Part shown: positions 57,496-64,000 of the stretch, in pieces
Numbering within the stretch: the stretch's first letter is position 1
Layout: each line of letters begins with the position of its first letter
Source: Candidatus Latescibacterota bacterium
GTDB lineage: Bacteria > Latescibacterota > UBA2968 > GCA-2709665
Direction: 5' to 3'
DNA length: 64,000 nucleotides
Assembly: GCA_963662665.2 (NCBI GenBank)
Contig: CAXXJS010000040.1
Coordinates: 288,001 to 352,000, forward strand
Made by a program: the position numbers and the translations under genes
The notes under the pieces: generated by a model
Database searches by the model: none
Seen by the model: only the letters and a program-made list of their open reading frames with translations
What the model was told of the DNA's origin: nothing

Positions 57496-60400
57496 ATGGA
57501 CCGTCGTGATGCGATGTGGCTGCTGGTTTTCGTTGTACTGGGCGTGGGCGGGCTGGCGGTATTTCTGAATTTCTATACCGAGGCGATTCCGTCTGCGTCG
57601 CTGGATTTCAAGTTGAGCCGCGACGAAGTACACCGCAGGGCGCAGGGCTATCTGGAGGACCAGGGATACGATCTTGCTGACTACGAGAGCTCCCAGATAT
57701 TCTCAAGCAGCCAGATGCAGCAAGTTTTCCTGGAGCAGACGCTGGGTCTGGAGGAGACGAGCCGGCTGGCGAGGGAATGGCTCTCGGTCTGGTCCTGGAG
57801 CGTGCGGTGGTTCAAGCCGATGCAGAAGGAGGAACTTCGGGTGGGGCTTGATCCGGGCGGACGAATTGTCGGATTCTCCCACCGCATTCTCGAATCTGAC
57901 GAAGGCGCAAGCATTGCGCAGGACGACGCCCTGATCATTGCATCCGATTTCCTGAGGGATATACAGAGGTACGACCTTGACGCCTACGAGTTGATCGACC
58001 GGTCCAGCACGGAACGCAAGGCACGTGTCGATCACAGGTTCGCCTATCGGAAGAGAGATTTCACGGTGGGCGACGACGGCCACTACCGGCTGGACGTGGT
58101 GGTTCACGGGGACCGTGTCGGACAGTTCGGCGAGTACCTGAAAGTACCGGACAGTTTCTCCCGGAGTTACCGGGAGGTACGTTCAAGGGCGAATCTGTTG
58201 ACGCAGGTTTTTCTGCCGTTCTGGCTTGCGTTGGGCGTTGCCATGCTGGTGATTCTGGTGAAGAACTATCGCCGAAAGCGGTTGCACTGGCAGGCCGGGC
58301 TGATCGTCGGAACGCTCGTGGCCCTCGCGTGGCTTGCGGCAAACGTCAACGCCCTGCCACTTGCGCTGTATAATTTCGATACAACTGTTTCCTACGGCGC
58401 CTTTCTCGTGCAGCTTCTGTTCAGCGCGGTTCTGGTCGCGGCGCTTTACGGCGGAATCGTTTGCCTGGCCGGGACGGCTGGCGGGGTTCTGGAAAGGGAC
58501 GTGTTGTCTGAGGGACGCGTGAGCCGGCTGGGGCGCCTTTCGCTTGGAGGGTTGTTTTCTGCCGGATTCCTGCGGTCCACGGTTGTGGGTTACGGCGCCG
58601 CCGGGGCCGTTCTTGGATACGTCGCCGTGTTCTATCTGCTGGGCGGGCGGTATTTCGACGTCTGGGTGCCCGCGGACGTCAGCGAGTACGACAACGCGTT
58701 CAGCACGGCCATTCCCTGGATTTACCCGCTGCTGGTAGGATTGTCAGCCGCGGCGGTCGAGGAGTTTTTCTTCCGTCTGCTGGCGATCCCCCTGCTGATC
58801 AGATGGTTGAAACGACCGTGGCTGGCGGTGTTGCTGCCGGCGATCGTGTGGGCGTTCCTGCATTCGAACTATCCGCATGAGCCCATATACATACGTGGCA
58901 TCGAGATAACCGTCATCGGTATCGTCTTTGGCATCCTGTTCCTGCGTTTCGGGATCTGGGCGCCCATCATTGCCCACTATGCGATTAACGCCTTCATCGT
59001 GGCGTTGCCGATGGTGAAATCATCCAGCCTTTACTTCCAGGTGTCCGGTGTGCTCGTGATCGGAATCCTGCTGGTGCCGGCAATCCCCGCGGCGTTCGCG
59101 GTACTGACCGGAAGGGCCAGACCTCCGGAAGTCGACGACAACGTCGATGAGGAAGCGCCTGATGAACCGGCTGAAACGGAGGAACCGGCGCCCGCGCCGG
59201 TACGTTCGGACGTGATTCAGAAGGGACCCGATGCCTATATGCCGGATAAGAGGAGATGGATTGTCGCCGGCCTCTGCGCCGTTGCGGGAATCGCGTTGAT
59301 GGTCGGATTCCGCGCGGACCGGTTCGGCGCCCGTTCGCTGAAGCTTGAGGTGACTCGGCATCAGGCCGCAAGTATCGCGGAGACCTTCAGTACCGAACTT
59401 GGATTGGACGTGTCGGATTACCGCAGGTCGATCCAGTTTCGCAGCGGGGTCGGGTCCTCCCATTACACGCATCTGATCCGAAACGCGGGGGTCGCGCATG
59501 CGGATTCGCTGATGGTGGAGAACACATCGCCGTGGTACTGGCACGTGCGATGGTTCAAACCGATGGAGAAGGAGGAGATCCAGGTCCGCGTGGACGCGTC
59601 CGGGCGCGTCGCGGGATTCAACCACGTCATACCTGAGACACGTGCAGGACCCGCGCTGGAGACGGAAGACGCTCGCGCGAAGGCGGAGGCATTCGTGACG
59701 CAGAGATTCTCCCGGTCCGTTACGAATACGGCGCAATACAAGCTGTTGGAAGCCCGTTCAGAAAAAGAAAAAGACCGGATGGACCATCATTTCGTGTGGG
59801 AGCGGATCGACAGGAAGATCGAGGATGGCGAGTTCCGGCTGAACGTACGCGTGCAGGGCGACGAGGTGGGATTCTTCAGCACGCAATACAGAGCGCCGGA
59901 GGAATTCCTTCGATCGCTCAAACAACGGGGCGCAAGGCAGGAATTGGCCTCGATCATGCCGGTTCTCCTGTTGCTGGCGACATTCATATTGGCGGGGATC
60001 TATTTCTTCCGTCAATACCGGGCAGGGGAAATCCGCTGGAAGCTGCCGATCGTCATCGGCATTGCGGTTGTCTTATTGACCCTGTTGGACGGGATCAATT
60101 CCCTGCCGACCTTCTTCCACGGTTACGATACGAGCCAGGCGATGATGACCTATCTGGGCATCCAGGGCGTCGGCCTGCTGATCGGGACACCGGTGATGGG
60201 GCTCGCAATAGCGGCGATGTTTGCGCTGATGATGGCGATGAAAAGGTCGCTCTATCCGGAGGAGATGGGCGCCGGCAGATGGCTGGGACTCCTGCGGATG
60301 AGGGAAGGCGGCCTGCGTTTCTGGGCGGGCACGCTGGCTCTGGCGGCGGCGTTTCTGCTTCTTTGGAAGGGTACGGAAAGTTTCGCAATGTACGTGAAGT

Positions 60401-60906
60401 ACAACGGCCTGACGGAGTATCTGGAGGCGGGCGGATTCAACCTGCCGCGAGTCAATACCTATCTTCCCTTCTTCGACGCTGCGTGTGACGCGGCCCTGGA
60501 GTTGGTCAGTCCATTCGCCGTGTTGGCAATTCTGCTGGTATGGAAAACCGGCGTCAGGCGGCCCTGGTTGATTGTGGCCGGATTCGCTGTCGCCCTGTTG
60601 TCTGAGGATGCGATCGCGCCGGCCAGGAGTCTCTATCATTTCGCCGTTCTGGCCGGCCTGGAACTTTTCGCTCTCGGTGTTGTGGTTTTCCTCGTCGTCT
60701 GGCTGATCCGGTTCAATCTGATGGCCTATATTGTCGCCCTCTGGTCCAGCCAACTCATCCTGGACCCGGGAATCGCGTTCATTCAACGGACAACGGATTC
60801 CACCTATCAATGGAACGGCGTCGCAATGGTCGTGCTCGGCCTGGCGCCGCTGCTGTTCCTGCTGGCTGCCGGTCTGCGTGAGCGGCGAGCGCGGACGGAT
60901 GGATAA
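57496..60906 (+). CDS. Large membrane protein with central CPBP (CAAX-protease/Abi) domain and a duplicated extracytoplasmic domain
   Basis: AAVEEFFFR, WAFLH, AHYAIN motifs. VRWFKPM.KEE...D..GR..GF.H...R.DH.F occurs twice. Confidence 0.8.
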   Translation: MDRRDAMWLLVFVVLGVGGLAVFLNFYTEAIPSASLDFKLSRDEVHRRAQGYLEDQGYDLADYESSQIFSSSQMQQVFLEQTLGLEETSRLAREWLSVWSWSVRWFKPMQKEELRVGLDPGGRIVGFSHRILESDEGASIAQDDALIIASDFLRDIQRYDLDAYELIDRSSTERKARVDHRFAYRKRDFTVGDDGHYRLDVVVHGDRVGQFGEYLKVPDSFSRSYREVRSRANLLTQVFLPFWLALGVAMLVILVKNYRRKRLHWQAGLIVGTLVALAWLAANVNALPLALYNFDTTVSYGAFLVQLLFSAVLVAALYGGIVCLAGTAGGVLERDVLSEGRVSRLGRLSLGGLFSAGFLRSTVVGYGAAGAVLGYVAVFYLLGGRYFDVWVPADVSEYDNAFSTAIPWIYPLLVGLSAAAVEEFFFRLLAIPLLIRWLKRPWLAVLLPAIVWAFLHSNYPHEPIYIRGIEITVIGIVFGILFLRFGIWAPIIAHYAINAFIVALPMVKSSSLYFQVSGVLVIGILLVPAIPAAFAVLTGRARPPEVDDNVDEEAPDEPAETEEPAPAPVRSDVIQKGPDAYMPDKRRWIVAGLCAVAGIALMVGFRADRFGARSLKLEVTRHQAASIAETFSTELGLDVSDYRRSIQFRSGVGSSHYTHLIRNAGVAHADSLMVENTSPWYWHVRWFKPMEKEEIQVRVDASGRVAGFNHVIPETRAGPALETEDARAKAEAFVTQRFSRSVTNTAQYKLLEARSEKEKDRMDHHFVWERIDRKIEDGEFRLNVRVQGDEVGFFSTQYRAPEEFLRSLKQRGARQELASIMPVLLLLATFILAGIYFFRQYRAGEIRWKLPIVIGIAVVLLTLLDGINSLPTFFHGYDTSQAMMTYLGIQGVGLLIGTPVMGLAIAAMFALMMAMKRSLYPEEMGAGRWLGLLRMREGGLRFWAGTLALAAAFLLLWKGTESFAMYVKYNGLTEYLEAGGFNLPRVNTYLPFFDAACDAALELVSPFAVLAILLVWKTGVRRPWLIVAGFAVALLSEDAIAPARSLYHFAVLAGLELFALGVVVFLVVWLIRFNLMAYIVALWSSQLILDPGIAFIQRTTDSTYQWNGVAMVVLGLAPLLFLLAAGLRERRARTDG

Positions 60907-60941
60907 CCTGCTGCCCGCTACGCCACGTTTTTCAATTCCGC

Positions 60942-60979
60942 TAACAGTCCGTTGATAAAGTCGCTCTGCAGGCGAGGCC
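60942..60979. repeat. Partial copy of the 11142-11238 MITE end
   Basis: TAACAGTCCGTTGATAAAGTCGCTCTGCAGGCGAGGCC matches the reverse complement of 11201-11238 with one mismatch. Confidence 0.8.
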
Positions 60980-60995
60980 GTCGGCTGAAATGACA

Positions 60996-61032
60996 ACCCC
61001 CCTCCGAAGGACAACGGAGGGGGGTATTTTTT
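60996..61032 (+). terminator. Intrinsic terminator
   Basis: ACCCCCCTCCG-N8-CGGAGGGGGGT followed by ATTTTTT. Confidence 0.7.
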
Positions 61033-61204
61033 GATTCTGTCCCATCCTGGAACGTCATGGCAGCGGCCGTTCCACCTCCACGCGCTTCCCGGTTTCTTCC
61101 GCCATTGTGATGGCGTCCGAGACGGCCACGGCGGTATGGTTCGGGGCCTTCAGACAACTGACGGATTGGATGCCGGTCCCGAAGACGTGGAAGAATGGCC
61201 TGCG

Positions 61205-61573
61205 CTACAATTCCAGCGCGTCGGCGGTGCGAATGACGAAATATTTCCTTACCGGCTGTATTACGTGCCAATGGGTCTTGAGCCCCGCTGGAAAGTGCAC
61301 GGTATCGCCCGGCCCCAGGGTGTAGCTGTCGCCGCCGTCTTCTTCAATGGCGACCCTTCCCTCGAAGACGTGCGCGAACTCGTCCCAACCAAAAGTCCAT
61401 TCGAACCTGCCTTCGCTGCATTGCCAGTAACCGCTTGACACCCGCTTGTCCGCGCTCTGGGTAACGATGGCGCCGCGGGCCGTTGGTTCGCCTTCATGAA
61501 TCCAGTCCGGGTCGATGGGCATGTCGGGCAGATGATCCGGCATTGCGACCGTGTTCATCTTTAATTCGCTCAT
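61205..61573 (-). CDS. Cupin protein (DUF861/EutQ-like)
   Basis: SGYWQCSEGRFEW..DEF..V.EG...GPGD...FPAG....W....VRKY. Confidence 0.85.
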   Translation of the reverse strand: MSELKMNTVAMPDHLPDMPIDPDWIHEGEPTARGAIVTQSADKRVSSGYWQCSEGRFEWTFGWDEFAHVFEGRVAIEEDGGDSYTLGPGDTVHFPAGLKTHWHVIQPVRKYFVIRTADALEL

Positions 61574-61603
61574 TGCACGCTCCTTTCCTCTATCGGAATT
61601 GAA

Positions 61604-62614
61604 TTACAACGCCAGGATTTCCTGCCAGCGGTCCGCTTCAACCGGGATTCCCAGCACCAGGTTCTCCTCCCGGGTCCTGAACATGCGCTCGCCGGGATAG
61701 GACACCGGGTCGCTCCCTTCCAGGGGCTGCGCGGCACGAAAGTCGGCGAGGGTCTGGTCCACGATTTCACGCATCCGGTCGCCGGCGACAGCGTCGGCGT
61801 GGATGGCGATAAAGACCTGTGAGACACCGTATTCGGCTTCCTCCTGAGCGATCTGGTACGTGGAACGCCCCCCGGACAGCAGTGAGGCAACCAGATCCAG
61901 CGACATTGCGAGGCCGATCCCCTTCCAGTAACCGATAGGCAGCGGGCGGCGGGCGGCCTGGATGGCGCCGGCGTCGTACGACAGGTTTCCGCTGTCGTCG
62001 AAACCCCCGGGGACCGGAAGGCGCCGGTTTGCAAGGCGGTACACGTCGAGTTTCCCGTGGGAGTACTGGCTCATCGCCATATCCAGCAGAAAATGACGGC
62101 CTCCCGGACGGGGTATGGAGACAACCAGGGGATTGTTGCCTACCTTGCGGTCGGCGGAACCGAACGGAGGAATAAGCTGGGTGGTATTGGTCCAGCAGAT
62201 ACCTATGCAGCCCACGTCGGCGGCCCTCAGACCGTATGTTCCGGCCCTCATCCAGTGGTTCGTGTTTCTCAGGGCCACGCAACCCATTCCCTGTTCCTTT
62301 GCGACTTCAACGGCGCGGTCCATGCTCGCGCAGGCGTTGAGGATACCGGGGCCCAGTTTTCCGTCCCACTGTTCCAGTACGCCGAACGCGGCCGATCTTT
62401 CGGGCTCGGCGTGGAGGTCCATGCCTTCGCCTGAACGGGCGTGCCTGATAAACGGCAGGAACCGGTTGACCCCGTGGGAATAGACGCCGTCGCGCGTGGT
62501 TTCAGTGAAGATTCTTGCAAGACGTTGGGCGCGTTCGGTCGTGAAGCCGGTTTTTAGCAGGGCGCGGCTCAGTTCCGCCACCATAATGTCGAAGTGGATC
62601 CGGTGCATTTCCAT
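61604..62614 (-). CDS. yiaK: 2,3-diketo-L-gulonate reductase (3-dehydro-L-gulonate 2-dehydrogenase)
   Basis: DGVYSHGVNRF, LRNTNHWMRAGTYG, ICWTNT, GNNP, LDMAMSQYS, PIGYWKG. Confidence 0.9.
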   Translation of the reverse strand: MEMHRIHFDIMVAELSRALLKTGFTTERAQRLARIFTETTRDGVYSHGVNRFLPFIRHARSGEGMDLHAEPERSAAFGVLEQWDGKLGPGILNACASMDRAVEVAKEQGMGCVALRNTNHWMRAGTYGLRAADVGCIGICWTNTTQLIPPFGSADRKVGNNPLVVSIPRPGGRHFLLDMAMSQYSHGKLDVYRLANRRLPVPGGFDDSGNLSYDAGAIQAARRPLPIGYWKGIGLAMSLDLVASLLSGGRSTYQIAQEEAEYGVSQVFIAIHADAVAGDRMREIVDQTLADFRAAQPLEGSDPVSYPGERMFRTREENLVLGIPVEADRWQEILAL

Positions 62615-62621
62615 CTTTCGT

Positions 62622-63029
62622 CTAATCCCTTTCGGTGTACCCCAGGACAACGAGCAGGCAGGGGCCGCCCGAGATCACGCCGATGCCCGCTCGTCCAGCT
62701 TCGTCGACGGCCGCCTCGCTCTCCGCGCCGGGTTGCATCCAGATGTATTCAATTCCGGAGTCCGCTGCGTCGGCCACGATCTTTTCCGTAACTTCGGGCG
62801 GAGTGATCACGGAAATGCGCGCCACGGGTTCGGGAAGTGCGGCCAGATCGGGAAATGCTCTCTGACCTTCGATTACTGCGGCACCCGGATTGATCGGATA
62901 CGCCTTCAGATCGTGCTGCAAATAACACCTTAGAACCTTGTTGCCGTATTTCGAACGGTCGTTGGACGCACCAACGACGGCATATGGGCCTGTCTGCAGG
63001 AATGCATCGATTTTCTCATCGAGTGTCAC
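62622..63029 (-). CDS. CoA-binding protein (YccU-like)
   Basis: AVVGASNDRSKYG, YPINP, IWMQPGAES, GPC. Confidence 0.88.
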   Translation of the reverse strand: MTLDEKIDAFLQTGPYAVVGASNDRSKYGNKVLRCYLQHDLKAYPINPGAAVIEGQRAFPDLAALPEPVARISVITPPEVTEKIVADAADSGIEYIWMQPGAESEAAVDEAGRAGIGVISGGPCLLVVLGYTERD

Positions 63030-63064
63030 GCGTTTTCTCCCTGACGGTGTGGATTCGTGAATGG

Positions 63065-63517
63065 CTACAGATCTTCATATCGTGGTAGAGAATGCAGAAA
63101 TCGGTAGCTGCGCTCCTTACGGTCGAGGGAGTAGCAGTAGTGCGTGATGCCATTGGTAACCAGCAGATAATTCGTCCCCACGGACGTGTTATAGCGGGCG
63201 ATCTGATCGAACGCTTGCTGTCTGATTTTCACGCCGGGCGCCTTGCATTCTGCCATGAGAACGGGTTCTCCCCTGCCATTGTAGACGATAACGTCGGCGC
63301 GGTGCTGCATACCCCCGTACGCAAAAGCCGATTCGACCGCGGTTCGACCCGCCGGAAACCCCAGGCCATGGACGAGGTGCTGTATCAGGTTCTGGCGGAC
63401 CCATTCCTCGGGCGTGAGGCGCACGTGTTTCCGGCGAAGCGGATCGAAAATGGTCCTTTTTTCGCCGGCGGTGCGAATATCAAAGTCGTACTGGCAAGGA
63501 AAATTCAGACGTTGCAT
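63065..63517 (-). CDS. Stand-alone HsdR N-terminal-like (PD-(D/E)XK) domain protein
   Basis: IFDPLRRKHVRLTPEEWVRQ, RADVIV, AECKAP, QIARYN, LLVTNG. Confidence 0.8.
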   Translation of the reverse strand: MQRLNFPCQYDFDIRTAGEKRTIFDPLRRKHVRLTPEEWVRQNLIQHLVHGLGFPAGRTAVESAFAYGGMQHRADVIVYNGRGEPVLMAECKAPGVKIRQQAFDQIARYNTSVGTNYLLVTNGITHYCYSLDRKERSYRFLHSLPRYEDL

Positions 63518-63601
63518 AGAAGTCGATTGCAAAGCACAGGGCAGCGGCGGCAAAAGCCCGAAAGACGGGCCTCCATCTGATTCCCGGCGACACCGGTATT
63601 C

Positions 63602-64000
63602 TCACCCGCGGACGCCTTTGTTCTGGCGAGAGTACCAGAGTGCCGGACGTTCCACGTGGCCGCGGATCGTGTCCAGGAATCGGGCGGCCGGACCGCCGTC
63701 GACGACCCGATGGTCGAAGGTGAGGCTCAGGGCGACCATGTCCCGGGGGACGACCCGGCCCTGGTATACCGCCGGCCTGGAGACGATCCGGCCCACGCCC
63801 AGAATGGCGCACTGCGGCAGGTTGACGATGGGCGTAAAGACGTCGATACCGTACGCCCCCAGGTTCGTAATTGTAAACGTACCCCCCAGAAGGTGCTCCG
63901 GTTGGAGGTTTCCCTCCCTGGCTTTCCGAACGAGGTCAGCGGTTTCGCTGGCGAGATCAGGCAGGTCTTTGGCGTTAACGTTGGTTATTACCGGAACCAG
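63602..64000 (-). CDS. 2-oxoacid dehydrogenase E2 acyltransferase, C-terminal part (5' end outside window)
   Basis: LVPVI...GGTFTITNLGAYG...FTPIVNLPQCAILGVG...LSLTFDHRVVDG. Confidence 0.92.
   Translation of the reverse strand: MVPVITNVNAKDLPDLASETADLVRKAREGNLQPEHLLGGTFTITNLGAYGIDVFTPIVNLPQCAILGVGRIVSRPAVYQGRVVPRDMVALSLTFDHRVVDGGPAARFLDTIRGHVERPALWYSRQNKGVRG

Overview
Bacterial chromosomal window, GC-rich and gene-dense. The many orphan sugar- and amine-catabolic enzymes and the dense small repeats resemble marine or host-associated candidate-phylum genomes (inference only). Bases 1-8.3 kb are a defence island with lower GC. It holds the 3' end of a BsuBI/PstI-type restriction endonuclease and a decayed type III R-M pair (mod and res, with frameshifts, deletions and an IS256 remnant). 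Between mod and res sits an uninterrupted SAMHD1/YwfO-like HD phosphohydrolase plus YwgA-like gene pair. Upstream are three tandem membrane-anchored pentapeptide-repeat paralogues that all end in the same GCTGATG stop/start junction, the last one coupled to mod. The rest is housekeeping and catabolic. It includes a selD with an in-frame UGA and a SECIS-like hairpin (selenoprotein, truncated in the ORF track), trmB, fetAB, a TonB receptor, a BCCT carrier, an EIIA/PII-like/2x cation-proton antiporter operon, a heparinase II/III-like lyase, a cold-shock gene, sthA, msrB, a sialidase, aminotransferases, psd, a LamG protein with an inserted 7-repeat propeller, a 1137-aa CPBP-family protein and yiaK. 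Several families of MITE/REP-like repeats occupy intergenic spaces. No rRNA, tRNA or CRISPR array was seen. All family assignments come from motif recognition by eye, without database searches.
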